64,000 bases of DNA from Pavona decussata (GCA_977016875.1 CDRNST010000118.1:1674001-1738000); one strand, 5' to 3'; numbered from the stretch's first letter, positions 38,501-52,536 are shown. Notes: a model not told the origin generated them from the letters alone. Made by a program: numbers and translations.

Positions 38501-41500
38501 TTTTTGCATAATTAATGAGGCAAAACCCGTTATTTCGTTTTCTCCAAAATTCTCGAAAACTAAAAATTTCCAGAACATTCAAATAATATTTTCGAAGATA
38601 GTTCCCCAAAAGTAAACTTCAGGCAAATTATCAGGAGTTTCGATTTTTCAAGCTTGGCCAGCGATTCTCGAAAGTTACAGTCAGGCACTCTTAAGGCATG
38701 GGTCTCTAGTTATTTACTCAAAAAAACAAGGGGGTGGTCAATCTTCTGAAAATTTAGCCGTAAAGTCGTGAGACTTTGGCAACATCATATGCTTACAAAT
38801 GTAAACATATTGACATACACAACTTATATAAATTAGGTCACGTGACCTTTTACGGATGCAAAATTCACGAAAACTTTTGAGCAAAAATGGCACCACTTTT
38901 TATTGCCTCCTGGGGGCTGCCTGTAGTTTTAAAACTTTACCACTGTTAGGAACTTCATTTCTGTGGCCGGGCCTTTTTAAATATAAATAAAAATAAACGG
39001 CTAATTTTACTTTGGAAGGACTGGGCACTAGTAAAAAATGCCGTTTATTTTCAAAATTAAAGAAATTTTCAAAAAGCCCGAGCACAGAAATTGGGTGCCT
39101 AACAGTGGCAAAGTTTTAAAACTACCGGCAGCCTTCAGGAGGCAATAAAAAGTGGTGCCATTTTTCCCCATATGTTTTCATAAATGTTTCGGCCGAAACA
39201 GGTCACGTGACCTAATTTGCATAAGTTGTATCGGTCAATATGTTGAAATTTTTTAAGCATATTATGCTGCGAAAGTCTTACGACGTTATGGCTAAATGTT
39301 CAGAAGATTGACCACCCCCTTGCTTTTTTGAGTAATTAACTAGAGACCCATGCCTTAATTTTCTTGAGCGCAGTAAGGCGTACAAGTGGGAAACGATTTA
39401 GTGTGCAGTGTTAAGTTCTGGTTGATCGCGGGTTGGTAATAACCGAGGTGATAGGTATTAGCCGAGAGGGACTAAGCTCCTTGATCGATGGCTGGTTACA
39501 AAACCTCACAATTATTGCATTTATTGCTTAATAGTAAACGCCAGGCCGTTTACCATTTATTTTTTCAGCGAAAGATCTACAAACGTGTCAGGGTAGCATG
39601 ATTTAAGCTTAGGTTTAACTTGAAGGGCTAGGGGCTCAAAAGCAATATGGACTATCCCAAAATATAAAAAAAAATTATACATCGCCTGTACTGCTGACAA
39701 AATGAGCAAAAATACACCATCTACCCCCCCCCCCCCCTCCCAAAAAAGGAAGTTTATTTGTATTACTTTAATATCCTTTTTCCTTCGTGTTTTTTCCTTG
39801 GTTGTTTTCGATGTGCCAATGTTTGTCAAACTATGCTGCTTTCTAAATAAAAATGTTGAGATGTTTGTGTAAAATTCGCTGTTTTGCACGTGTTTTTGTG
39901 CTATTTTTACTTTTCTAGTATATTTTAGCAATCCTTCATCCTTTTACTTCATTTTTGCTCTATTTTTTCGCGATAACAATTCAAAGATGGTTGTCCCAAT
40001 ATGGCGGTTACATACATTATGACGTCATGGGATGCCCTCGTCTACCCATGACTATCTTGTCTTCTTGAAGACACTATGGGTGATTTATTAATGGTTGAAA
40101 GAAACTAGAATGATGTAACAGAACGAAAACCCAACAACAATGCACAATCTAATTACATTAAACGTATCTGTCAAAAATGTACAAAGGAAAACATTTACCC
40201 TCAAGTATCCTGATCCACTTTCTACTCCACCAACGGCCACGTCGTATCCTAGCATATATGGGATGGTCGGAGCTTGAGTTGCAAAACCAAACCCAATCCA
40301 CCCCGTGGCTCTCACCTCCACCATAAAGTGTAAGGTATCCGTACTGCTACTGAACATCCAAGAAGCTTTGTATTTTCCACCATCGAGAGAAACTAAGTTT
40401 GCAAAGTGGGCTGGACGAACCGGGACTGTGAAATAGCAATTTTAAAACGTTTTAAAGTTACACGTGTACAATCAACACTGTGTACAATCTTCCAACTTTC
40501 CCTTAATTATAGGCTTCATGTTTTCGAATTAAATTTTAAAATTGACTTGATCTGTAACATTAATATATAATTTAAAAATTCTAGACGGCAAGACTGATCT
40601 TAAGTATTTTACTGATCCAGATTGGCAAAAGATCTCTCAAAGTCTTATCACTGTGGTCTGCCATATTTAGAATTTTCATAATTTTTAACGCTGCCTTAAT
40701 TTCCCGGCCCCATACCTCATTTTCTTTAACTGGCTAAAAATTTGCACTAGTTAAAGAATTTGGTGGTCGCTTTTCATATTCAAATCTGGATCGCACAAAG
40801 GCTCCAAGTTACTTGTTTCGAAGGTTTTTGTTTAACGTCGTCATGGCAATGTTGATTTCACTAAAATATTATTCTTGACAAGTCTCAATCCAAAACAAAT
40901 AAGAAGAAGACTACCTAAAAGCTGGTTGAAAAAGTGAGATGTGGTCCCTCAAAACTATTTCGAAACCCCTTCATTCTTGCATTTAATTTACCTTTCCAAC
41001 TCAACAACAAATGGGTCGCTTTCGTTAAAGTATTTTCTTTCTCTTGTGTATTTATTTGTCTTCTTATTTCAACCTTTTGGTTTAAAAGTTTGAATAAAGT
41101 AAAAGAGGNNNNNNNNNNNNNNNNNNNNNNNNNNNNNNNNNNNNNNNNNNNNNNNNNNNNNNNNNNNNNNNNNNNNNNNNNNNNNNNNNNNNNNNNNNNN
41201 NNNNNNNNNNNNNNNNNNNNNNNNNNNNNNNNNNNNNNNNNNNNNGAAAGATTAAGGTGGCCGAACACAGTTTGCGCACGCTTTACAGATTCTGTTAGTG
41301 ATGCTATTAAGCGCGCGCTAGGGTTGTGCTACGCAAATATGGCAGTTGATAAAGTGATCCCTCAATTCCATATGAAATGGATAATAAAGTTAAGTTTTGA
41401 TCCTAAATAACTAAGTTTCTCGTTTCTGGACGCTATTTCTTTTCTTTCTTAGCAAAAAGTCATTCACTAAGACCTTTTGCATGCTTTTCATCTTTGCCAT

Positions 41501-44500
41501 GAAACCCAATCAATTCCACGTATGCGCATTTGACCAAAAAAATTGTGACTGGTTGTTTTCGTGGAAATGAACTGTTTTCTAAGGAACCACTCATTAGAAT
41601 TTCTTGACATTTGGCATGAAAATAGTTCCCTAAAAGCGTAACTCGCCTACAAAGAGAAACCTAAATCTAACAGAGGGTATCTTCACATGACATTAAAATG
41701 CAAAATTAATATTTACAGGAGATCTCTCTGTTAAAATTACATGAAAGTAGTGCAACTGTGTCAGTGTTTGTGAGTTTTTCTGGATACAAAAAAAGGGAAA
41801 AAATCTAATGAGAACATTTTCTAAAAATAGAGGAAACCTACTATTTATGGACGTTTAATAGCTCGCTCCGTTGCCATGGAAACGGTACTTTGCTCAACAA
41901 GACGTACGAAAATACATTCTGTTTTAGTTAGTCTTACACCATACCAATTTCGGGCGTCCAGAAGTACAAAGTTTTCAAATGACGTCTTCTAACACTTGTA
42001 CACTAAAAAACTATATTCGGCTACCTTAAATAAACCCACCTTCTGTTGGAGCTGGAGTCTCTGTCGATGTCACCGTAACTGGTGCTGATGATGCAAATGT
42101 AATTGCTGGTGTGTTTGAATCATCAGGAATGAGCGTCACTTGTTTATACCCTTTATTTTGATTGTGGAATGAATTCAGGGCAATTTGAGCATCAATTGAA
42201 TCCTGATAAGCCCATATGAGGAAAATTGGCGCTCCTTTCTCGAAATAAGATTAAATGAAACTGACAAATGAGCGAAAAGAAGCATCAACTGAGTCCAATA
42301 ACCATTTTTGTAAGTGACACCAAAACATTTCAAACACGTTCTCTTACGGTATGGAGCTTGGCAAATCAACATCAGTACATTAGACTGACGACATTTTATT
42401 TGGCTTCGCGTTGTCGAATCCATCCCAGTGAACAATCAACATTTGTTTAATTTGTGCTTTGGTTTAATAAAAGTTCTCTTAAACATACGCAAATTAACCT
42501 CAAGATGTAAATTAACATTTTAGTACTAGCACTTTCGCATGATGAGCCCATCCTGGTGAAAAAAACAGTCCCCATTGCAATGCTGCTTTTACTCTAAAAT
42601 TTGGACATGTTCTTTTGGGATTGTTTCGGAATAGGAATACACGCAATAGAAAATAGATGTGTTTTTGGGACCTTTTCTGTTTTCGGGGATAAAAAAAATA
42701 GTGTTCCGTTCATTCACAGTTTACATAGAATAAGAGAATTTGGTTCTTTTGCCGGGTAGGTTTTCAGTTAAAAGGGAATATACGGAATTACGCTACTTCT
42801 TTTAGGATCTGATTTCTCTGTATTCTATTATTCCTCAACCGAAATACCAATTGTTCCAAAAGAATGTACCCTTAATTTTATCTATTTTTTGGTGTAGTGT
42901 CACGCTGGGGATTTTTTTAGTCAAATTCGGCCAAGAAGTTTCTTCTCCTTAGGGTTTTATTGTACGAATCTCAATTTGGCGCGAAATTTTTTTTAGAGCT
43001 TCGACATGGTCAATCACATTTTTTTAAATAAACATACCTTAAGGATTACAAAACTGAAAAAAGATTTGAAATATCTAAACTGAATCAAAAGTTTTGGGCT
43101 TGTGAAGTTTGAATTTTCCGCCATTTTGTTACTAAAAATAGCCTTAAATTGAACGCTTAACTTCCCATAACTCTTGACTCCAATGAGGTATTCCAAATTT
43201 TTTTTCAGATTTGTTATTCTCATTTCATGTTGTTTTTTATGTTAGGAACAACTGTGTCGTAGCTCCAAAAAAAACATTTCCCGCCAAATTGATGACGTCA
43301 TTTTACCGTTAGAAAAATGAAATTCAAAAATCCGAATCGGACAAGTTGTAGAGAAAATATTGTTTTGTCTAGTTGCAAAGTTTGAGGTTGCTACCACAAA
43401 ACCCTAAGGAGGAGAAACTTTTTGGCCACATTTGACTAAAAAAATACCCAGCGTAGTATAGGGTAGTTAGCGCATGCTCTAATTAAATAGACAGGAAATG
43501 GCGTTATTCTTGTCAGTGGGCTTGCGCTTCTGCGTTTCATAAATTTACCTGAATAACAACATCGTTTTGTTGGTCGTTGGTGCTACGCTTGCGATAAAAC
43601 CTTAGCGTCGTGACACCGTTCTCTTCTCCGGAGTAAATCAACCTCCAGTCCTGCTGAGAATCCACTCGTGGTAACCTGTTGCCGATGGTTATGTAGTCCT
43701 GGTTGGATAAAAAGAACGTAGTTAGTAACACGAGTAAAGAATTATTAAACCTTGACATTACATGTTTTTCTGAGAATCTACTCGTGGTAGTCTGTTTCCG
43801 ATGGTAAGGTAGTCCTGGCTAGATAAAAAAAACGTAGTTAGTCACATGAGAAAAAAAAATTAAGACTTGACATTACATGTTTGTTTTCTTTTGCTCTGGG
43901 AATTGAGAACCGAATTACAGATTACAAAAGGATATGCCTGTGTTACTGACTGAGAACTGAAATACAGTTGCAGTAGAACCACCAAACAAAATCCGTCCCT
44001 AGATTTGGCCTTTTATTAGCCATTTGCTATCATCGACATTCAAATCCTAGCAGTATGTAGGATGTTTATTACATAAACCTAGCATAATGGCCCAGCTTCC
44101 TGCTTGAAGAGTCTCTTGTACAGTAGTGGTACAGTGGTAGAGCATACGAACTAGCAATCAGAAGGTTCGTCTCCTGTTAGGAGAACTCGGATTTTCTTTT
44201 TCCGAGTTTGCCCTAAAAGAATGCGTCTGTAACGAGCTGAACGCAGTAAGGCGTACAAGTGGAAAACGATTTAGTGTGCAGTGTTGAGATCTGGTTGATC
44301 GCGGGTTGGTAATAGCCGAGGTGATAGGTGTTAGCCGAGAGGGACTAAGCTCCTTGATCGATGGCTGGTTACAAAACCTCACAACTATTGCATTTATTGC
44401 TTAATAGTAAACGCCAGGCCGTTTACCATTTATTTTTTCAGCGAAAGATCTACAAACGTGTCAGGGTAGCATGATTTAAGCTTAGGTTTAACGTGAAGGG

Positions 44501-47500
44501 CTAGGGGTTCAGAAGTAAAGTGGACTATCCCAAAATATAATAAAAAATTATACATCGCCTGTACTGCTGACAAAATGAGCAAAAATGCACCATCTACACC
44601 CCCCTCCTCCCAAAAAAAGGAAGTTTATTTGCATTATTTTAATATCCTTTTTCCTTCGTGTTTTTTCCTTGGTTGTTTTCGACGTGCAAATGTTTGTCAA
44701 ATTATATGGCATTTTAAATAAAAATGTTGAGTTGTTTGTGTAAAATTCGCTGTTTTGCACGTGTTTTTGTGCTATTTTTACTTTTCTAGTATATTTTAGC
44801 AATCCTTCATCGTTTTACTTCATTTTCGCTCTTTTTTTTCGCGATAAAAATTCCAAGATGGTTGTCCCAATATGGCGGTTACATACATTATGACGTCATG
44901 GGATGCCCTCGTCTACCCATGATTATCTTGTCTTCTTGAAGACACTATGGGTTATTTATTAATGGTTGAAAGAAACTAGAATGATGTAACAGAACGAAAA
45001 CCCAACAACAATGCACAATCTAATTACATTAAACGTATCTGTCAAAAATGTACAAAGAAAAACATTTACCCTCAAGTATCCTGATCCACTTGCTACTCCA
45101 CCAACGGCCACGTCGTATCCTAGCATATATGGGATGGTCGGAGCTTGAGTTGCAAAACCAAACCCAATCCACCCCGTGGCTCTCACCTCCACCATAAAGT
45201 GTAAGGTATCCGTACTGCTATTGAACATCCAAGAAGCTTTGTATTTTCCACCATCGAGAGAAACTAAGTTTGCAAAGTGGGCTGGACGAACCGGGACTGT
45301 GAAATAGCAATTTTAAAACGTTTTAAAGTTACACGTTGTTGACTTAGTTCGCTCCAACTAGCTAAAATCAACACTGTGCACAATCTTCCAACTTTCCCTT
45401 AATTATAGGCTTCATGTTTTCGAATTAAATTTTAAAATTGACTTGATCTGTCACATTAATATATAATTTAAAAATTCTATACGAAAAGACTGATCTTAAG
45501 TATTTTACTGATCCAGATTGGTAAAAGATCTCTCAAAGTCTTGTCACTGTGGTCTGCCATATTTAGAATTTTCATAATTTTTAACGCTGCCTTAATTTCC
45601 CGGCCCCATACCTCACTTTCTTTAACTGGATAGAAATTTGCACTAGTTAAAGAATTTGGTGGTCGCTTTTCATATTCAAATCTGGATCGCACAAAGGCTC
45701 CAAGTTACTTGTTTCGAAGGTTTTTGTTTAACGTCGTCATGGCAATGTAGATTTCACCAAAATATTATTCTTGACAAGTCTCAATCCAAAACAAATAAGA
45801 AGAAGACTACCTAAAAGCTGGTTGAAAAAGTGAGATGTGGTCCCTCAAAACTATTTCGAAACCCCTTCATTCTTGCATTTAATTTACCTTTCTAACTCAA
45901 CAACAAATGGGTCGCTTTCGTTAAAGTATTTTCTTTCTCTTGTGTATTTATTCGTCTTCTTATTTCAACCTTTTGGTTTAAAAGTTTGAATAAAGTAAAA
46001 GAGGAAGAGAGAAGGAGAGAAAACAACCAAACAATGAAATGCCAAAAGCATAAAAGAAAGAAAGAAAGAAAGAAAGAAAGAAACATAGAAACAACAAAAA
46101 AGAAAGATTAAGGTGGCCGAACACAGTTTGCGCACGCTTTACAGATTCTGTTAGTGATGCTATTAAGCGCGCGCTAGGGTTGTGCTACGCAAATATGGCA
46201 GTTGATAAAGTGATCCCTCAATTCCATATGAAATGGATAATAAAGTTAAGTTTTGATCCTAAATAACTAAGTTTCCCGTTTCTGGACTCTATTTCTTTTC
46301 TTTCTTAGCAAAAAGTCATTCACTAAGACCTTTCATGCTTTTCATCTTTGCCATGAAACCCAATCAATTCCACGTATGCGCATTTGACCAAAAAATTGTG
46401 ACTGGTTGTTTTCGTGGAAATGATCTGTTTTCTAAGGAACCGCTTATTAGAATTTCGTGACATTTGGCATGAAAATAGTTCCCTAAAAGCATAACTCGCC
46501 TACAAAGAGAAACCTAAATCTAACAGAGGGTATCTTCACAAGACATTAAAATGCAAAATTAATATTTACATGAGATCTCTCTGTTAAAATTACATGAAAG
46601 TAGTGCAACTGTATCACTGTTTTGTGAGTTTTTCTGGATACAAAAAAAGGGAAAAAATCTAATGAGAACATTTTCTAAAAATAGAGGAAACCTACTATTT
46701 ATGGACGTTTAATAGCTCGCTGCGTTGCCATGGAAACGGTACTTTGCTCAGCAAGACGTACGAAAATACATTCCGTTTTAGTTAGTCTTACACCATACCA
46801 ATTTTGGGCGTCCAGAAGTACATAGTTTTCAAATGACGTCTTCTAACACCTGTACACTAAAAAACTATATTCGGCCACCTTAAATAAACCCACCTTCTGT
46901 TGGAGCTGGAGTCTCTGTTACTGTTGATGTCACCGTAACTGGTGCTGATGATGCAAATGTAATTGCTGGTGTGTTTGAATCATCAGGAATGAGCGTCACT
47001 TGTTTATACCCTTTATTTTGATTGTGAAATGAATTCAGGGCAATTTGAGCATCAATTGAATCCTGATAAGCCCATATGAGGAAAATTGGCGCTCCTTTCT
47101 GGAAATGAGATTAAACGAAACTGACAAATGAGCGAAAAGAAGCATCAACTGAGTCCCATAATCATTTTTGTAAGTGACACCAAAACATTTCAAACACGTT
47201 CTCTTACGGTATGGAGCTTGGCAAATCAATATCAGTACATTATAATTAGACTGACGACATTTTATTTGGCTTCGCGTTGTCGAATCCATCTCAGTGAACA
47301 ATCAACATTTGTTTAATTTGTGCTTTGGTTTAATAAATAGTCTTCTGGTTCAAGTGTGAAGACATGTACAATGAATGTTACTGTTCTTGTTTCACGACCA
47401 TGTCTTACCTGGACAACAACATCATTTTGCTGGTCCATGGTGTTTCGCCTGCGATAAAACCTTAACGTGGTGACACCATCCTCTTCTGTTGCGCTGGTCA

Positions 47501-49364
47501 ACTTCCAGTCCTGCTGAGAATCCAGCCGTGGACTTTTATAACCGACAGTTAGGTAGTCCTAGTGTTAAGAAGTTATTAGCAAAGAATCTGAAAATCTTGA
47601 TCTAAGAACCAATTTACAAATGACAAAGAAGCTTGAGAAAGATAACTGATAAAAGAGTTTCATTTGACATGAGCACAAAGTCATCGCATGTTCTAATCCG
47701 CTAAGAGTAGAGATCGCTTTAATTGCTTTTATACCTTGCCTAAGTATTAGTCTTTCTTTTTATTTCAGCCTTTGGCATTAATAATGCAAATTTGGTAAGC
47801 CGAGAACTAAAAACGGCTCTAAAATATTATTCTTTTTGTTGTTGATAATATTGTTATATGAGGCTCCCGATGAAAGAAATTAACCGAATTTTTGCAGACA
47901 GTTTTGTTTATTAACAACTAAGGCTCTATCGGGTCTATAGTAAAAGGACAGGTGATCTCTGCATATCTAGTGAAAATAAAAGCTCGTTACTGAACAAAAT
48001 ATTGTGTTAACAAAGCATTGATAACATTATTGCCTGACGAGCGTACCAATTTAAAGAGCAAAATGTAAGGGTTATAATTGTTGTTTATTGTTTAATTTTT
48101 GACTCTTTTCCTACTGTACTGGCTGTGGTGGCAAACTTAAGATAAACGTTTTCTGAATTTTCTCAAACCTAACTGAACGTAGAATAATTAAGGTCCTTCA
48201 GATTGAGTGCTTCAAATATGTTACGTAAATGTATGACGTCCGAATATCATAAAGTCCATGGTCTAGTAATCCAGGTTCCGGCATTTTTTTATACCAATTG
48301 CAACCGCATCATGACTTGGCAAACATGTTACACACTGACGCACAGCCATTGCTACGTGGATAGGTAAAAGAAACAACCCTCTACAGCTTTAAACGTATGC
48401 ATCAATGATAGTTGAGTTAAGCAAACTGTGGCGATATTGAATCTGTAATAATGAAATAGAGGCTGGCTATCTTGTAAATATTACGATTTTTTTTTCAAGA
48501 AAAATAATTAACGGAAAATAGTTCAAGAAATCAATTTAATGTCAACCGTTGTCGCGAGCCGACATTTCACCACTAGATACATAAACATCGTAATTTAAAT
48601 GCACGTCACAAACTGTCACCTGTAAACTAATAGAGGCTTTCAAGCGTGGTTGTTGGTAATTTTTAAGGAATTTTTCCGCTTGAATTAAGGTTTTGAACAC
48701 TGGATACCTACGATTCCCAACAGTTCACCCCTTTACTGTTCTTTTGTGATCTTTGATTACCAAAAGATTTCAATTTTATCATATCTTTTTTTACGTGCCA
48801 TCTATTCGAAGTTTTGTCTATTTCGATCTCAAAGCGAACTCTGTTGCTTGTTGCTTGTGTGGTTGACCGGTTGGCTCGCGTAATTTTTGCCAGAATTGAC
48901 TCACATTCGACACGAGACTAAGCACGACATATAACTTGGGTCCAAGCGTACTATTGACAAGTAAATAAACTCGAACAGTATTCAAAACACCATTCAGTAT
49001 CCAGAGCTCGTAGTATTCATTAACAAACACCAAGTACACTTTGAATTTGCACAAGAGCGCTAAAAAGGCAAAATGCTGTTTATCTGGTTTCACATACCCG
49101 TATATAACCTGATCTATCACTTGGAACTCCTCCAACTGCCACGTCGTAGTTCTCCATGTTGTTAGGAGCATTCAAAGCGAAACCAAACCCGACCCAACCT
49201 GTGGCACGAACTTCTACCAAAAATTCAAAAGTGTCTGTAGACTCACTGTAGTTGTGGGAAACATTGTAGTTTCCATTATCAAGAACAATGGTGTTAAAAA
49301 ACGCACCACTAGTGCTTGGGTAAAACAAAAATAGTATTAACACATACAACTGAACATAACTCAT
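29578..49364 (-). CDS. Gene C: near-identical paralog of B; signal peptide + 4 DOMON + GPI-like C-terminus (~828 aa, 12 coding exons)
   Basis: Exons 49098-49364, 47409-47558, 46894-47098, 45070-45296, 43549-43698, 42040-42238, 40199-40425, 33479-33628, 32129-32465, 31121-31326, 30426-30572, 29578-29799 join into one 2487-nt open frame. Motifs as in B. Ends PTDPSAASTLCSGIYGIVTLTITLLNVFLL*. Confidence 0.88.
31366..31585. mobile_element. Harbinger-type MITE (uninterrupted host copy)
   Basis: ctg|GGTCCGGTTGTTCGAAAG...CTTTGAACAACTGGGCC|cag. Confidence 0.7.
34144..39368. mobile_element. ~690-bp hairpin MITE (34144-34157 + 38695-39368), interrupted by the foldback element
   Basis: Removing the inner element restores CTCAAGAAAATTAAGGCATGGGTCTCTAG...CTAGAGACCCATGCCTTAATTTTCTTGAG with ~300-bp imperfect TIRs. 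Empty site gagctgaacgcagtaagg at ~44234. Confidence 0.85.
34158..38690. mobile_element. 4.5-kb non-autonomous foldback DNA transposon with TTAA TSD (Kolobok-like termini)
   Basis: TTAA at 34154-34157 and 38691-38694. Ends GAGTGCCTGACTG...CAGTCAGGCACTC. Near-identical inverted arms 34158-~35972 and ~36881-38690. No transposase ORF. Confidence 0.88.
41109..41245. other. Assembly gap (N run)
   Basis: 137 N. Confidence 0.99.
41256..42025. mobile_element. Same Kolobok-like element, copied by duplication
   Basis: Same TIR (one mismatch), TTAA and flanks. Confidence 0.8.
42901..43455. mobile_element. Same 555-bp MITE in gene C
   Basis: Same termini and site as 19744-20298. Confidence 0.78.
46112..46879. 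mobile_element. Same Kolobok-like element, copied by duplication
   Basis: Same TIR, TTAA and flanks. Confidence 0.8.
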
Positions 49365-49428
49365 TGGAAAATGAAGTGGATGGTTTCGAGTGAACAACAA
49401 ATTTACCGAAGCATTTTTCGATAAACCC

Positions 49429-49437
49429 TATATATAT
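49429..49437 (-). promoter_or_regulatory. Candidate TATA box of gene C
   Basis: As for gene B. Confidence 0.5.
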
Positions 49438-52400
49438 CTTAGCATTCTTTTGAACGGATCACTGCTTGACCAATATCTTTTGTTTCAAGTATATATTAAC
49501 TTTGGGTGTTTACAAAATTTTAAGTAACACCGGTATGACTTTATTGTGGCACGAAATAAAATATTTAGATCGCGCTAACGGCAGTTTCTATGGCAGTGTG
49601 GTACCTCAAGAGAGAACCCGTGGGAAATACTCGTACCGGTTTGGTGGTCGCCCTGGTTATTATTTAATCACCCCATTATCATTAGGCGCAAACAAAGATG
49701 CCTGGTTTGTAATATAAGAGCTAGACGTATTTCTACAAAGCAAGCGGCGAAACTGTTTACTTGCTGCAACAAGTTTATTTAAGAAAGGACTGATCAGCGC
49801 TATGCGGTTGGTTTCTGGTATATCAGCATTCATCTTACAAGGCTTACTTCCTTCTGAATCCATTTGCCTGTATCAGATTTGCTATAATTCATAGTAAAGG
49901 TTGTTGTAAACTTGACATGAAGTAAGTAAATAACGATTGATTGATTGATTGCCAAGACGAAGAATTCGGGCCAATGATAAACCGTACAAAAATGAACGAG
50001 GCTAGTGTCTTGCCATCTACACCAAAGCAACTGGTCATGAGCTCGTCTTTACATCAGAAAACAAAATTAAGGGGAAGCCGGGATAATACTGCCTTTCTCA
50101 GGGCTGAGCATTTACAGGGGAGGTGGTGTGGTCGAGTGGTTAGAGACTCGGACTGGTAATCTGGAGACCCTAGGTTCGAGTGCCCTCTCTGTTTCGGGTG
50201 TAGTCCCCTCTTCAAATCCTCGGCCACACTTTGTAAATAGCCAGTTGGTAAACCTCCCTACCTGTTGGGATTTTTAAGGAGTTTCTATTCTGCTTGTAAT
50301 ATTTTTTTGATAACAGGGCCCCACGAGCTTCTAGCTTTAAATTTAACTGTGTATAAATGAATTAGCTTTACTTTTTAATCGTACTTTTACAGCTACAACG
50401 TTTATCAGAAACAAGGAAATAATAAGGAACGAAAATATAGTAATTTAATAGTAAATTCCTTAATCCCTTTGTCCGCTCATTAATTTGTCTTCCCTTGTTC
50501 GTCGTTCATTCCTTGTTTGTTCATTCATTTTTTATAACACCATTTATTCATACTGTTAAATTTACTCACAAGACCATCCGTTGGTTGTTTGGTTTGTTCT
50601 TTCGTTTCGTTACAACCTCGTTCTTCTTCACAGGAAGAGGAGAGACCCTGGGAACGAGGTTGGTTCCGCCACTGCATTGGTACGAGACTGTAGTTGCGCA
50701 ATAAAAGGGTAGGCCCCTACTTCCTGCCACATCTTGGTGAACGTGAAATGGAAATTTAGACGCCGTCCAGTCGTGGCACGTTGTTGACTTGAGCATCCTC
50801 TGAAAAAATATGCCTCAAATTTCATAATACCACCACAGTGATGTAAGGCATCGATTTCTAATTCGGTTAACGGGGTTTATTCCCAAAATTACTGAGTTAA
50901 TTTTATCGGTAAGGGTAAGTAGAAAACGATGCATGTTGTTTGTCAGTTGTTTATACTCTGATGGTTGATTGACAACTGAAGGTGAAAATGGTCAGGCCAG
51001 TCTCCTTTTATACCGAAATTACCTGTTAAACGTTTGATGCCCCAGATCGTTAAGAAGGATCGTTGAAATTTGTGCATGAGTAGACAAATTAGCGTAGAGC
51101 TAAATTGTGGATAAAGTGTCTGTGTAGTCCTGAAAATTGGATACAGACTGTCGCCTGTGTCCAGTTCCAAGGACGAACAATAAATTCGAACTGGATCCTT
51201 GTAATTAAATATAAATATTTTTAGAAGTTTTATGTGGGGATTTTATTGTTGTTATTATTGTAAGCTTTTTTATGGTATTTTAGTGACATTTTTTTTTAAC
51301 TCTTTTATACATTTTTCTCATCGTGTTTAAATAAATGGTAAATTCAGGGCCCGAGTAAAAGGGATATATCCTGCATATAGTCCCTTGCACTAGCGTATAC
51401 TCGATTTTTGGTAAGGTACTCATCAAAAGCCACATTCAAGTATAGTGACCGCCAGGTACAGAGCCAGCCGACCTCTCAGTATACATTACAAAAGCCCCTA
51501 TATGTAATGTTTAAAACACGAGCAGCAGTTTTGTATCATTTTTTTTTTTTAAACCACGAGGCGCAGCCGAGTAGTTTTAGACCCGATAAAACACGTGCTG
51601 CGAGGTTTTTGAACGGTTTCAAAAACATTCCTGGAAAAGCGTGTGTCAAGAGAGTTCATAACAATGATGCTTTTGTGAACGTTGGAAATTAGCATACGAG
51701 AAAAACATTGAACACCGCATACTAATAAGGAGGAGGTTTTATCGGGTTTTAAAACCACTGCACGTGATGTTTTATCGACCATTTGATAGGGCAATGGGCT
51801 TATGAATTATTAATGAGTTTTTGAAAGCTACATACGCCACAGAAGGAATTGCACATAAATACACGAGAGTGAAGTCAAAAATTCTTTATTCTATTTATTG
51901 CAGTAGGGCTATACTTTGTCTACTTAATGCCAGGAAATCCTCCAAAGAAATCGAGGTTTTATAGAGGTAATGGCTCAGAGTTAAACGATCTGGGTTTATA
52001 TTAAGAAGGACGCTACAGTAAAAAAAAGTCTATGCCCTTATGTAAAAACATTAGAAACGTAGTGATAATTTTGAGGCAAACACATTTCAAAATTAGAGTA
52101 TGTATTATCAAGCGAATGAGCGAAAAGCATATTCATGAACTACCTTTTAAAAAAAAGAGTGGTCGATCATTTTATTCAGAACTGATCTACCACGAATAAA
52201 ATCATGGAATTCTCCTGTCTAATCCATCTCAGTTACGATAATTTCTGCCGCCGAAAGAGCATTTATTTGGTCGTATTGTACATTCGTTTGACAGGTTTCA
52301 CAACTTTAATACAGCCACCATCTTGCCAACGCGTTCTCTTAAACCGCTTTGGGGTTTCCGCTGGAGTCATCCAGCATTTAGATTTGGCTTTTGCCGTAAA

Positions 52401-52536
52401 TGTCTTAAGATTTAAGGGATTTGAGATCTACTGACTGAGAACAAGTTTGTTCTAAAAGTCCTCCGTTTGACTGTAAAAAAAGTAGTCCTTTCTATTTCTT
52501 AGTCAACTACATGTCCCAAATGACAGTTTCTTAGAT

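Larger units (their letters stand above)
32960..47337. repeat. Same internal C1-A2-B2 duplication in gene C (junction 42468-42471)
   Basis: Junction sequence identical to gene B; exons and introns are duplicated. Confidence 0.88.

Noticed and set aside
34239-38609. Identical ORFs on opposite strands (34239+/38424-, and 35687-/36767+)
   Set aside because: They are by-products of the inverted arms: short, with no transposase or other motif.
18093-46879. Four independent insertions of the 770-bp element
   Set aside because: Identical flanks show a single insertion multiplied by the later duplications.
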